A stretch of 64,000 bases of DNA, taken from assembly GCA_964016885.1 (NCBI GenBank), contig OZ024742.1:22444001-22508000 (forward strand), written 5' to 3'. Numbering within the stretch: position 1 is the first letter of the stretch; each line of letters starts with the position of its first letter. This DNA comes from Eledone cirrhosa (taxonomy: Eukaryota). Below the pieces are notes generated by a model, which was not told the DNA's origin, did not search any database, and saw only the letters and a program-made list of their open reading frames with translations. Below are positions 25,258-38,823 of this stretch, piece by piece. The position numbers and the translations under genes are program-made.

Positions 25258-25447
25258 TAATTGTTTATACTTTTGGCACAAGGCCAGCAATTATCCCAGT
25301 GTATTACTGGTACTTTATTTTATCGACCCCGTAAGGATGAAAGGCAAAGTTAACCTTGGCGGGATTTGAACGCAGACAATAAAGGGCCCTGACTCTTTGC
25401 TGCAAAGCATGGCGTCCGACCCTCTACCAATACTGCCAATCCACCAC
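25258..25447 (-). mobile_element. tRNA-derived SINE
   Basis: Same family core and reverse A/B boxes. Confidence 0.9.
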
Positions 25448-25870
25448 ACTTGATGATGATAATAATGATGTCTTGTATTGCTACAAGGGCATCGGGTGGA
25501 GGAGACATTACAAAGTTACAACATAGACATGAGAAAATGGGAGAACATATATGCATATACAATTTAAGTATACATTGTATACAATTATATGAGGCATTCA
25601 GTCCGCTTGTTATAGATCTAAATAGACCAGATTAATGGAGGAACCATACAGATCCACCCGCGCTTTGACAACCAAAGGAGAGCCACCTCGCCCAATGGTC
25701 ATTGTCTGACGTACAAGAAGAAGCCGAGAGTAGACATATTCCCTCTTAACTCTTTCACTAATTTCATCCACCTTTTCGTAACTTTACAGAGGAGAGCGCC
25801 GCCCTCTCCACCCTAGCTTCCTTTCCAAGTGAAACTTGGAAAAGTCGATTAGTGCTTGACAGAGATAACT

Positions 25871-25939
<69 letters not shown>

Positions 25940-26007
25940 TTTCTGATTTGTTTAGCAAGATTCTTTATCTGAAAACGTGTGTTGAAACCGATATTGTTAT
26001 GCTTTGG

Positions 26008-27901
26008 GAGGGTCATGTTGCCAATAAGAAACACACGCATCTACATCCAGGCAATGCAAACTACATCCAGATAATGCAACCCCACATCACTAACACAAGA
26101 GAAGTAACACCACAAGAGCATGAGGATAGGTAGAAAACCCTCAATGCCCATATGATGATGTGGACAAACATAATGCAGCCCAATAAAAGGACTGCCAACA
26201 ACTTCCAGGCCTGGAACAATGACGTTCCAGCGTTGTATGGGCTTCGAAAAGACCAAAATACCATAAAACGAGCAGTGACCCTGTCACAGGACCACCAACA
26301 CGGCCAGTCTGTGGAGCTAACATTGCTAGTAACTACAAACTTTCCTACTTCCTCTCCCTGATCATAAGCCCCATCATTGAAATGTCCCCAGATATATGTG
26401 AAAGCACGGAGGACCTCCTCAGCAGAATCAGCGAAAGTAACCGATCTAGGGACCTAACAAACTGTATAAGAGGTAGCATGGATGTTGTGTCCCTGTATCC
26501 ATCCATTGGCGTGGATTTTGCTGTGGAGAAATGCGTAGAAATGATCAGTGAGAGCAATGTTGAATTCCGTGGGATTGATACCAGTGAGCTGGGACTCCTA
26601 CTTAAACTTACCTATAGTAATGATTATCTAGATACATATGACCTTAGCAACCTGTGCCCTACAAGACCAGCAAGAGGCCGACCACCTACCATTACCTCAA
26701 TGGCCATGAAAATCCACACAGAAAGATGGAACGGGTGGACCCGAGCCATACGTACCCCCGAAAACCACGATGAACTAAAGAAAATGATTGCACATGCGGT
26801 GAGGGCCATTATAAAATTAACCCTTACGGAACATATGTTCAAATTTAATGGAAAAACATATGCCCAAGAGGAGGGAGCAGCTTTTGGTGTTAGCATTGCA
26901 GGTGACATAGCTAATCTATTCATGGTATGGTGGGACAATAAACTTAAACTTAAACTTAAAAAACAATTAGAAGATAGCAACCTCTTAACTCTGATAATGT
27001 ACTCCCACTACGTTGATGATATAAACATCATAGTAAAAACATCCCCACTAGAGAACAGTCAGGAATTAGAGAAAAACACCATGGAAAGCATCCAGAAAAT
27101 AGATAACTCCATCCACCAGAGTATTAGAGTTACTATAGACTACCCAAGTAAACACCCAACCATCGATTACCTGTACTAGACACAAAGCTCTGGTTAGAAA
27201 CAATTAATAACAAAAAACAAATCCTCCAATCCGATTATGCCAAACCCATGACTTCCAAATACCTGATCCACCGAAACCCAGCTGTTTCGGATCACACAAA
27301 AATCAACATACTGATTGCGGATTTGGTACGGGTGATGAGAAACGTGTACCGCATGTGCAACCCCAAAGAACTAGAGAGACACATACAACACTTCATCCAC
27401 CGTATGCAGTTCTCTGGTTACAATCAGAGAGATAAAATCAGAGTGTATAGAGGAGCCAGAACCAAATGGGAAAAAATGGTAAATAATGATACAAATGGGA
27501 CCTGCCCCTTGTATAGGAGCAAATTTTGGAATTGAATAGAAAGAACTAGGAATAAGGTTAATAGAATAAACTCATGGTATGATAGCAATAAATACCAGAG
27601 TGTAATGTTCATGAATACAACTCCAAGAGGTGAATTAGCTTACAAATTTAGAAGGGCCCTAGATAAACATAAACTTAACAAAATGGCGTAGGACAGAACA
27701 AAGGAGAGGCACAAAAACAAAGAAAAGAATCCCCAGTCACTGTAGAGGTCACAGAATGTGTGACGAAAGAACTTTGATAATATATGAACAACCGTCCGGT
27801 TATGGAACCAGCCAACCAACCGTTAATTTATAAATTTAATTTATAATAAATTGGAGTGAAAGCAACTGGTGCGTGTGTCTCTTATTGGCAACATGACCCT
27901 C
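26008..27901 (+). mobile_element. Decayed Penelope-like element: RT/thumb region, endonuclease absent, short inverted termini
   Basis: RT motifs GSMDVVSLYPSI, FKFNGKTYAQEEGAAFGVSIAGDIANLFM and YVDD. Frameshifted continuation LPVLD...KPMTSKYLIH...MQFSGY. Inverted gagggtcatgttgccaataaga.acacacgca at 26008 and about 27869-27901. (TA)n lies close to both sides. Confidence 0.85.
27735..27778 (+). ncRNA. Degenerate hammerhead motif in PLE pLTR
   Basis: gtca-CTGTAGA-g-gtcaca/tgtgac-GAAA-gaac-TT-tgat with core A6 mutated. A relative with intact CTGATGA lies at about 39674-39716 on the minus strand. Confidence 0.5.
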
Positions 27902-27914
27902 ACAAAGCATAACC

Positions 27915-28005
<91 letters not shown>

Positions 28006-28603
28006 GGAAAATGTTTGACCCCGACGGCAGAGCTCAAGCCGTTTCGCCGGCTATTTCTGGACTCTACTACCCTAAGTATTGAGTAACCTGGTGCGTTATG
28101 ATCCATCTGGTTCCTTCCCTCACCTTCGTTATGAGTGAAAGTATATGTATGTACGTATATATATATATATAGTAGAATAATCGAGTATAGAAAGATCGGC
28201 GCACCAGTTCACGATAAACAAAATTCGATATGAGCGGCAGAGGGTTCAATAATTTAGATAAATCAGAGCTATAACTATCGTTAAAATACCGTCACACATA
28301 GAACAAGTCTATAATCAACCATACAACCGAAAAATTGCGATCTGGAAGATTCGGGACACTCAGATAAAAAATCAATAAATCAATAAATCAAATGAATGTA
28401 AAAAGCATACCCGGACCCGCTAGAAAGATGGTAAATCTAGCTTCTTGGGTTTCTGTAAATCCTTAAACTGTCCTCTATCAGCTCACATAAAAATATATAA
28501 GACTTCTAGGTGCCAGCGGACAGGAGTTTACTTCCTCAACGAGCTTTGTCCAAACGAATGAAAAGGCATAACCCAGGCTAAATACGCACATGGAATTCAG
28601 CAA

Positions 28604-28896
28604 TATATTAATAAGAGGAATTCCAACTTTGTCTGATTTACTCGTTTTATTTACAATCCTTTAAAATTTATAATGGTATTAGAATTAAATAGTATGGTAG
28701 AATATTAAATGTTAAGTGTTAATTGAACAAGTACTTTCATGCTTTCGCAATCTTCAGGTTCATAATGTGTGGTGACAGTCAAGTTTGCAATTTTCAACTG
28801 TTGAAAATAGTATCATTATAATACCATTATAAATTTTAAAGGATTGTAAATAAAACGAGTAAATCAGGCAAAGTTGGAATTCCTTTTATTAATATA
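28604..28896. repeat. Inverted repeat, arms of about 78 bp, spacer of about 135 bp containing a hammerhead
   Basis: tatattaataagaggaattccaac...ataatggtatta and its reverse complement at about 28820-28896, with 2 mismatches. Confidence 0.9.
28724..28762 (-). ncRNA. Minimal type-I hammerhead ribozyme
   Basis: Minus strand: UGAAC-CUGAAGA-U-UGC(GAAA)GCA-U-GAAA-GUAC-UU-GUUCA. Perfect 5-bp stem I, GNRA-capped stem II, palindromic stem III. Confidence 0.85.
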
Positions 28897-29144
28897 ATCT
28901 TCTATACACAATCATACACACCCGTGTATATTTATCTATATATCTATCTATCTAGTCTAGTATAGACGCGTATAACATCGGCTCCTGCCTTTTTGTATGT
29001 TTACCCATTGACAGTAAGTGTTTGTCTCTTTATTGTGTTGTCTTCGTGCCTTTTAACCACCCGGCTAGGTCTGTAGACGGGTGGTCATCGTATTTTTACC
29101 CCTTTTGGGGGTAAAAACTACTCCAAAAATTTTTGCTGACTCAC

Positions 29145-30443
29145 ATGGTAAAAATTGACGCCATATCTGTAGCACGTGTGGACGATAACGCCACGCTCAC
29201 TAAGGAAGAAGAGAGAAAGAAGCAAGCGGTACAAATCGTTTTGCTTTCTCGCGTCAATGTTTTAAAAGACTTTGTAAAAGGCGATATGCCGGACAAACAA
29301 TTAAATAGGGGTGCAAACCCAATTAATTACAACAAAAACACTAACAATGACAAAACCAACACACCAAATGAGAAAGACAACAACAACAAAAATGAAAATA
29401 ACACAAACTACGAGAAACAGAACAACTCAAACACCAACAACGAAAACAAAATATCTTTTGCACAGACTGCTAAAATATCAGTCACCTATGTGTTTGAAGA
29501 TATAACAAATGCAAAAGAAATGCTTGAAAAAGCAAAAAAATATGTATCGTTTGGCGAAAATGGATCTTTTTCCATCAATTCGCCCCCAGTCACCTATGTG
29601 CTTGAAGATATAACAAATGCAAAAGAAATGCTTGAAAAAGCAAAAAAATATGTATCGTTTGGCGAAAATGGATCTTTTTCCATCAATTCGCCCCCAGAAC
29701 TAAAAAATCAGACGGAATTACGAACTGTTGTATTCCGTACAATTGCAAACAAAACAAAAAAACCAGCACCACAACAACAACAAACACGTGAAAAAACAAC
29801 ACTGAACACTGTCCCACCCAACCCCACCCCACCCACACACACCGCAAACACTACCAGAAAATATACCCCTCCCACCCAACAAGGAAGACGAACCCCTTTC
29901 GTCGCAAGACAAAAAAGATCCCTTCCAAATAGTAAAAAGAAAGAAGAGGAGGCGCACCACAGACACACATATTAACATTAACCCTCCCCAAGAGAACACA
30001 AACTATATACAAATCGCCCCTCCCCGTTACACAACACTAACTGCTACGCAAAAAAAGACTTTACAATATACATACATGAACACAGACAACAAAGAACTAA
30101 TGAACACAATTTCGTCAAACCCTTCGGTCCAAACTGAAGGGCCTAACTTTATAACTGCTGTGGGACTACCTCATTTACAAATGATTAAAGTCCCAATGAA
30201 CTTATACAAAACGTTGAAAATAAATTTCACAGAAGAAGTGGGCCTCCCCTGCTCCAAGCCAATCAACCGCGTCCTCCTAAAAAATTTCCCCACCCCCTAC
30301 CCAGACACCCACTCAATCACAAACACCCCAACCCCACAACACACTGATGCCCTACACTTCCACAAACCACCACCCCACCCAACAACTCATCCCCAACCCT
30401 CATGGAAATTGAGCGGCCCGCTCCCCGGGACGCAGAGAGGTAA
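29145..30443 (+). pseudogene. Tx1 ORF1, disrupted, Asn/Thr/Pro-rich, with an in-frame 108-bp duplication
   Basis: ORF pieces 29133-29975 and 30076 onward. KPINRVLLK and the terminal MEIE...R-TAA are shared with the second element. Confidence 0.65.
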
Positions 30444-30467
30444 GTGCCTTTTCTCCTTACCACCAAC

Positions 30468-33400
30468 ATGGCTGTGCTGAGAGTAGGGTGTCTAAATGCG
30501 CGTGGCCTGGGCTCACCTTGGAAGCAAGCAATGCTTCTAAATGACCTCAGGTCACGATCTATAATTGTGATGGTTATCTGCGAGGCCCGGATCAGCAACA
30601 TGCGACAGCTAGCCCCCACCTTTGATGACTTTGAGATGCACGCATCTCTCTGTCAACCCGGATGTGGGGGTGGGGTTGTCGTTCTGCTGCAAAAACATCT
30701 GGGTCTCGCCACACAGATAGTTCACTTGGACCCAGGGGGGTCGACTGGTGGTGCTGGACCTTGGCAGTGGTGAAGGTGGAGCCTTTAGGCTGGTAGCCGC
30801 ATATGCCCCTTTTGGGACAGAGCGGCCCGACTTTTTCCAGCGTCTGGAGTCTTTTCTAGGGACGTCCCGTTCCCTGCTTTTAGTGGTGGACTGGAATGGT
30901 ATCCTGGATGCACGTTGGGACTATGCAGGGGCATGTCCCGATAGAGAGGGGTGCAACAGCCTCAAGGGGTTACTCGGCCGATTTGACCTGGCCGATAGAT
31001 ATCGACTAGATTTTCCGACGGTGCCAACCTGGTCTTGGTCAAATCGCAGCGGTCAATATAGATCGTACCTAGATAGGTTCTTAGTTAGAAATAAGGACAG
31101 GGACTTTTTAAGTTGTCCAGAAATGCTCATGGTTGGCTATTCAGACCACAAGTTGGTGACCTGCATGGTCAACCTTGATAGAACGCATAGATAGGGCCCC
31201 GGTTACTGGAAGCTGAACTTGTCCTTACCGGCAAGTAAAGAATACAGGGACCGGATTAGTACGTTAGTTAAGGAACGGTTGACTGCAGCGATCGTCAACA
31301 GCAGGTGGTGGGTATCTCTAAAGGGAAAGATTAGATTAGTCTCGATAGAATTTAGTAAGGTTCTAGCTGCGGATAGGAATAGGAAGGAAAGGGAGCTGAT
31401 AGATAGAGTAGAAGAGGCAATTAGAAGCGGCGACGTGGCCAGAGGGCTAGCGTCGAGAACGGCTTTGAGCCAGTTTTTCGACGCGAAGCACGAAGGCTGC
31501 GTTGTCCGAAGTAAAATACGTGCTCTAGGGAACGAGGGGACCAAAGCTGTTAGCTGGGCCCGCGTGACAGAAGCCAAGAGTGGAACTAAATCCACCATCC
31601 GGTCTTTGCGAGACCAGGATGGACGGGCGATCCTTGAACCTAAGCAGATGTATGAGGCCTTTCAAAGGCACTTTGCCCGATTGTTCGGAAGGGGCGGGGA
31701 GCCGGTTGGAGAAGTGAACTTCGGTCCATACCTCGACGGCCTGCCGCGTCTTTCGGACAGGGAGGCGAAGTCCTGCGAGGAGCCGATTTCAGCCGCTGAG
31801 ATAGAGGACGTGCTGAGCCAATGCGGCAAACGCAAATCCCCGGGTCTCGATGGTCTTCCATACGAACTATATCTAGCTATGCCGGACTTGTTCCCCGATC
31901 TCCTCGAGGCGGTCTACTGCAACTGGCAACAGAATGGGAGAATTCCCTGTTCTGTGTCCAAGGGCGTTGTCACGATAGTGAGGAAGGACGAGAACAAGGG
32001 GGACGAAATAAGTAACTTCAGGCCCATAACTCTGCTAGATACAGAGTTACAGATTTTGGCCAAGGTGCTAGCAAAGAGGTTGGTGCTTGTCGTGGGCAAC
32101 CTGGTGGGAGATGCGCAGACATGTGCTATCCCGACCAGGTCCATCCATGACAACCTCCACCTCATGCGATACATCATAGAGAGGGTTGGGAACGAACCCG
32201 GCTTTGGTGGGGCTCTGATCAACTTGGATCAATCTAAGGCGTTCGATAGGGTCGACCATGGTTACCTGGATGCGGTGCTAGCGGCGGCAGGCTTCGGACC
32301 CGGTTTCAGGGGCTGGATCACTGCTATGCACAGCAGCCGCATCTGCTCGAGAGTCAAGGTGAACGGCTACCTCTCGGAGCCGTTCGAAATCGCGCGGTCC
32401 ATCCGACAAGGGTGCCCTCTCTCCTCCCTTCTGTATGTATTGACTCTCGAGCCACTACTTCGGAAGCTGGAGTTGTTGCAGGGCATCCCTTTGGAACCGG
32501 GATTGCGGAAAGCGGTGTCGGCCTACGCCGATGGCGTGACGGTAATGGTGTCGACGGCCTCCGAAATCGGGGCGATCGGCACCTTACTGGAAGAGTACGA
32601 AAGGTTCACAGGGGCTAAGCTGAACCGGGACAAGTCGATCGGTTTGCAACTCGGTACGTGGAGGGGCAACCGATGCCCTCCGATGGCGTCGTCGGACGCT
32701 GGACGGAGGGCCCGGGGAAGTTGCTCGGGGTCTGGTTCGGACCAGACCTCCAGGTGGAGAAGAACTGGGGTGAGGTTACGAACAGGGTATTTGCACAGAC
32801 CCAGAAGTGGGCCAGTTGCAAACTGTCCCTGAAAGGTCGGGCGGAGGTGGCGAACACCTATATAGCGTCCGTCATCTACTACCGTCTGACCGTCGTGCCT
32901 TGCCCAAGGGAAATCCTCGCCAAGATGGAGCGCGCACTCTTCCAATTCCTATGGAAGAAGCGGGCTCCTTTGGTGAGGAGATCCATCTGCTGTCAAGACC
33001 CTTCGAAAGGAGGGCTGGGGATGCCGTGGCTAATGATGCGTAAACACGCATTTAGGCTACGGCACCTCCACGTATTCCTCACCGGTCAACCGGTGTGGGC
33101 CTCGTTTGTGAGACGAACTTTTTCCAGACTTGTCTCACTCACCGAGCTGCAATCCTGGGTCAAGCAAAGACCGAGAAAACTGGGCACCTGGCACACTGAG
33201 TGTGCCCAGGCGCTCACCGCCCTCCGGCCGGCGGACCCGGTTATCAGTGGAGACTCCACCGCGACATTCTATAGAGGGCTGGTACGCAGCAGGTGCGACG
33301 ACGCCCTCGGAGAAGCCCTAGACATGGAGGAAGACGAACTGGCCAGCCTGTTCGGTAGGACATTCAGCCCGGGACCTATGGACAACTTCCAGAAGTCCCT

Positions 33401-33905
33401 GACCTGGAAGTGCTACCGAGGGGCTCTACCCGTTCGAGAAAAGCTCTACAGACACGGGCGCCCGGGTAGGGACCCCACTAAAAAGATCTGTCCCAGATGC
33501 GTGTGCGACGAGGAAACCGTTGCACACGCATTGGTACACTGCTCGGGCGTAGCCAATCTGTGGGGCTATGTCGAACGACTGCAATCACGGGTGCGACCGA
33601 TCCGGTTGACAACCGAGGCCATTGTAACGATTAAGCCGCCTCCCCCCTTCAAAAATTAAGGAGAGGCGGTGTTTCTGTGCGTAATAGCCATGGTGAAAGA
33701 GGTTGTATGGTGGACGCGTCTGAAAGGACTGAGGTCAGGCACCTTTGTCTCTGGCCAACAACTGATCCGTTTCTTCCGATATCATTTCGGAAGAAGGATC
33801 AGGATGGAGAGAGAGGTGCTCCACCCCAGTCGTTTTTATGAAAGGTGGGTGAAAGTGGCGAGAATGGCCCGTGTGAATGGGCCTTCTCTTTACATCAGCC
33901 TGTAG
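30468..33905 (+). pseudogene. Tx1 ORF2: AP endonuclease, reverse transcriptase, CCHC finger
   Basis: LNARGL, DWN, SYLDRF and SDH (APE). KSPGLDG, FRPITL, LDQSKAFDRV, QGCPLS and YADG (catalytic D lost). CPRC...ETVAHALVHC. Frameshifts near 30740 and 32670, stops ending at 31194 and 33659. Confidence 0.93.
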
Positions 33906-34134
33906 GTGGAAAAGAGGAAGGAACGAGGGAGCACCCTCTCTCTGTGCTCCTGAGGAGAAGGGGTTGCACACTTTTTTCGGGGGTGTGTGCGACCCCCCAA
34001 ACGCTCCCTCCCTATTGAGGACTTTATTGCTAATTTTATATTTGTTATTTGTTTTTCTTTACTCGCCTTTTTGTGTAAACTCCCCCCATTGTACTTGTCG
34101 CACTTTTTGATGCCCTGGTGGCAAATAAAAAGAA

Positions 34135-34257
<123 letters not shown>

Positions 34258-34734
34258 CTTTCACTCACCCCCTCTGCTAGTCACCCTCTCTCGGCTAGCC
34301 TCTTCCTCACACTTTCACTCAGTCACTCTCTGCTACTCACCCTCTCTCTCCCTTCCTCCATCGTCCCACACCGTACGAAACTCTTTCCTCGCTCACATTC
34401 GCACGGCCAACATGTGTCTTTCGTCTTCTCAATATTCGAAAGTTCTTATGTTCAAAATGAATTATAAACTTGATTTTCTCATTTTTTCTTCTCTTTACGT
34501 TACTTCACCATTCCTGTTTGTTTACCTGTCTCTCTTTCTCTACCCAACTCATTTTATGCCAATAACTTATTTTAGTTATTGCATCGTCCTAGCCTTAGGT
34601 ATATGGTCTGTAATGCGAAGAAATACCTATGATGGCTAGTAGACCACTGATGACGGATAGTCCTGGCTTCTATTTCTAATTCTTCATTTTTATATAAACC
34701 CTATATGCAACAACTCAGCTCGCCATTTTTCATT

Positions 34735-34812
<78 letters not shown>

Positions 34813-35189
34813 TATAAGCACCTGTAATCTACTGGGATCGATTTAATCGACTTTCCCTTTCCCTTCAAATTGCTGGCCAGGTACCTATAGTAGAAATCAT
34901 TATTATGGGTTATAAATAACGAAAGCATTATTATTATTAATATGATTAATAATATTATTATTATTATTGGTGAAGTTATAATAACGATGATGATGATGCT
35001 AATAACAACAACAACAGCAACAACAACGACAACAACAATAATAGTAATATGCAGTGGATATATCCTGTATAATGATCAAAGGACAATTGCATATCAATAA
35101 AATGTTGCTGGAGACCACGTACGTACAAAAACTAGACATCTGATGGTCTGGTTATACAAGTATATGGTCTCTTCGTCTGGCTGTTAGCT

Positions 35190-35190
35190 C

Positions 35191-35234
<44 letters not shown>

Positions 35235-35271
35235 TGTGTGTGTATGTATATATATATCTGTATATACATAC

Positions 35272-35307
<36 letters not shown>

Positions 35308-35348
35308 GTACATATATATGTGCATACAAATACATATTCATATGTGTA

Positions 35349-35439
<91 letters not shown>

Positions 35440-35779
35440 ACATATATATATATATACACATATACATGCATATATAAATATACACACACAGACACAGACA
35501 CTCACAGATATATACACACACACACACACACATATATATATACAAACATACTTATAGTGTGTGTGTGTGTGTGTGTGGAATATTAATGTTCAAATATGGA
35601 AATATAGCAGACAGCTTTATGTACTGAACTAAGCTTTAAAAATTGTCTTTTTGCCTTTGTAACGGAAAATTATTTGGTCAGCTGTGTCTGGTATTGTGCT
35701 AGAGAAATTGGATAGCAACAAGTCGATGGATGTACAAAAGTATGTATGTATGTATGTATGTATGTATGTATGTATGTGC

Positions 35780-35816
<37 letters not shown>

Positions 35817-35848
35817 CATGTATGTATGTATGTATGTATGTGTGTGTA

Positions 35849-35879
<31 letters not shown>

Positions 35880-35928
35880 GTGTGTATGTGTGTATGTATG
35901 TGTGTGTATGTATGTATGTATGTATGTA

Positions 35929-35961
<33 letters not shown>

Positions 35962-35966
35962 ATGTA

Positions 35967-36017
<51 letters not shown>

Positions 36018-36035
36018 ATGTACGTGTGTGTGTTT
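35190..36035. repeat. Compound (TC)n/(TA)n/(TATG)n/(TG)n microsatellites
   Basis: Directly visible. Confidence 0.95.
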
Positions 36036-36197
36036 CTGTTTAAACAATTTCAATTTATCTCAGTCGTCTTCGACGATGAGTACTGAATATTTCTATCACC
36101 AGAACTACAAGTTCATTGTGGTCTCGTGTCTGCCAAGCGAACTTCTTAGCCATTGAGTACGCTCAACCCCTTTCTGTTTCTCTCCCATATATATATG

Positions 36198-36372
36198 AAT
36201 CAGGGGTATCCACTGCAAGTAAGGTACTCAATACGTTAGTAGAGTGTAACCAATAATTGTAATATAGAAATGGCATCTACAGGAATTGAAATGTTTCATT
36301 CAAAAGAGATAATCAGGAAACCCTTTTCTTTTGAATGAAACAGTTCTAGTCCTGCAGAAACCATTTCTATAT
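36198..36372. mobile_element. Short fold-back element in (TA)n, pLTR-derived, related to 39840-39960 and 54379-55232
   Basis: Leader gtaaggtactcaatac...agtagagt, then an imperfect palindrome tatagaaatgg...ccatttctata containing gaatgaaacagttctagtcctg. Confidence 0.7.
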
Positions 36373-36378
36373 TAAACT

Positions 36379-36456
<78 letters not shown>

Positions 36457-36510
36457 CAGTATATATATATATTTATATATAATACAGTTCACTGTTGGCA
36501 GGTGAACAGT

Positions 36511-36561
36511 GAACTGCACTGATGAAGTGTAATCACCCAGAAACATTAATGCGTGCAGTTC
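36511..36561 (+). ncRNA. Hammerhead motif with altered cleavage triplet
   Basis: GAACUGCA-CUGAUGA-aGUG(uaau)CAC-cca-GAAAC-AUUAAU-GCG-UGCAGUUC. 8-bp stem I and palindromic stem III, but GCG instead of GUH. Confidence 0.65.
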
Positions 36562-36686
36562 TGTTTACATGCCAAACAAAGCGCAAGAATGAGGGGATCA
36601 TTCTACTGATAAGGCTTAAAAAGAGGCTTGTTTGCACAATTGCAAACGAATCGAATACTATTATTATTAATATTCGAAAAACTCAG

Positions 36687-36772
<86 letters not shown>

Positions 36773-37284
36773 CATATATATGTCTCTGTGTGTGTATATA
36801 TATATATATAAATAAATCTATATATTTAGTTATATGTATTATAGATTTTCATTTATATATATGTGTATGTAAGTGTGGGTATATGCAAGTATATGTGTCT
36901 GATGCGTGTGTGTATCTATATATTTATATACGCATGGATGTATATGTTTAGACGTATATTGAGATAAATCTGTTCAGCGCATGTTAATCATTCCAGTTGT
37001 CTGTACGTCCTCTTCGTGATAAATGAGGTTATCACACTCTGAAATACATCAGAAACAGGTGGTTCTAATACCTACACCCCCCTCCAACAACTCCAGCAGT
37101 AATTTTCTGATAGCAATTTCTTGCCTGAAGTTACAAATGAATAGACTTTTCTAAACGTGGCACTTAGAGGAGAAAAAAACAACTTCCGGAACTGAGATAT
37201 AATTATATCGACTATAGTATATAACTGGTAAATGTTTTGATGGCGTTTTGGTGGAAAGTAAGAAAGAGATATAGAGGAAGAATC

Positions 37285-37648
37285 TAACCAAGTACTGAAC
37301 TGGTACTTTACTAAATCGACCACGAAAAAATCAAAGGAAGTTGACCTTTGTATAAACTGAACTCAGAGCGCAGAGAACCAGAATGAATACTGCAAAATAT
37401 TCTATTCGATCTTCTAACGATTGCCAGTTCCTCGTCTAATTTATTATGGTTTCTGATTTAAAATTTTGGGGGAGGGAAAGTCGATTAATTCGACCCCAGT
37501 GCATTACAGGTACTTTATTTTATTGACCCCGTATGGCTGAAAGGTAAAACTAACCTCGGCGGGATTTGAACTCAGAATGTAAAAGGACGTAACTATATGC
37601 CGGAAAGCATATTGTCCGATGCTCTACTGATACTGCCAATCCACCACC
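37285..37648 (-). mobile_element. Two tandem tRNA-derived SINEs (one diverged)
   Basis: The family core occurs twice. ggcgggatttgaactcag near 37560. Confidence 0.8.
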
Positions 37649-38391
37649 CTCGGCATCTAATTAATAATAAACAATTCCAGAAACTGAGAATATTGTTCAG
37701 CAATTTGTTAATAATTGTTTTTTATATTCCTGATCAATCTGAGCTTGACCATGGTCTTTATCTCTGAAAATAAGCAGATATTTCTCTGTTGCCTCCTATT
37801 ATTTAGGGGATGTGAAAAATTGGGAACACTTGAATATCACAGCGGATTTCAGTTGACGTTTAGTGCTTTAAATAGCTGCTGGGATATTTTCCAGAGAAAT
37901 GAGGCGCCAACAATTCATAATAGAACTTAATTGGCTAAATTAATCAAAATTACTTTTTTTTATTACTATCTTCATATCACGATGGAGAAAAAAAGGACTC
38001 GCGGAAAAAATATATCGGAAATTTCATGAGTATTTTTAAAATCATATTAAAAAATATTTAAAACTATTTTCGTCTAATATCAAAATTATGGTAGAATCTA
38101 AATTAATTACTGTATTGTTTTTAATGGTTTTAGTTTTTGTTCTTTGCAATTATTCACGATACTGAGAGTAGTGCATAAAATTGTGATTTTAATAGAAATT
38201 GAAAATGTTCAGTCCATATATTACGAACAACTCTGAACCAACCGACGACAGTAGAGATAAGCCTCCATTTGGTTGTGTTGAGCCTCGAAGATAGCTTTCT
38301 GTCTTTCTCAAAAAGTTTTCGTATTATGTGTGTCCGCTGTCTCTTGAATTTCTTTTGCTTTGTTACACAATTAAATTTCATTCATTAATCA

Positions 38392-38823
38392 AGAATACGA
38401 TCGCAAATACAAGTGGTCGAAATGGGGTTCCTCCGAAGAGTCTGTGGAGTAACCTTACTCGATAGAGTGCATAGCTCGGAGTTAAGAGAATGACTACATG
38501 TAGAGCCGCTATTTCTCCGAATTGAGAGATCACAGTTCCAATACTATTGGCATGTGATTAGAATGTCCCAGGAAAGAATCGTAAGACAGATTCTACGAGC
38601 AAAACCAACCGACAGGAGACTCAGGGGTAGACCTCGAGTAAGATCGTTGGATAACATCCATGAGCTTGGCTGGTATCGATTGGGGACCCATCCGGATCTG
38701 TTGGAGACGGTAGCGTATAACAGGACCCGATGGAAGGAGTGTTTGATGATTCTGCCCCCACGACCCCATCAGTAATAAGTAAGCGAAGAAGAAGAAGAAG
38801 AAGAAGAAGAAGAAGAAGAAGAA
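38392..38823 (+). mobile_element. 5'-truncated RTE-clade LINE 3' end with (GAA)n tail
   Basis: RIRSQIQVVEMGFLRRVCGVTLLDRVHSS...IERSQFQYYWHVIRM...RRLRGRPRVR, typical of the RTE C-terminus. Tandem GAA tail. Confidence 0.85.

Noticed and set aside
31203-33971. Antisense and alternative-frame ORFs within the Tx1 element
   Set aside because: Shadow ORFs of GC-rich ORF2 with no independent motifs.
34640-34670. CTGATGA followed by a small stem
   Set aside because: No downstream GAAA core or stem I.
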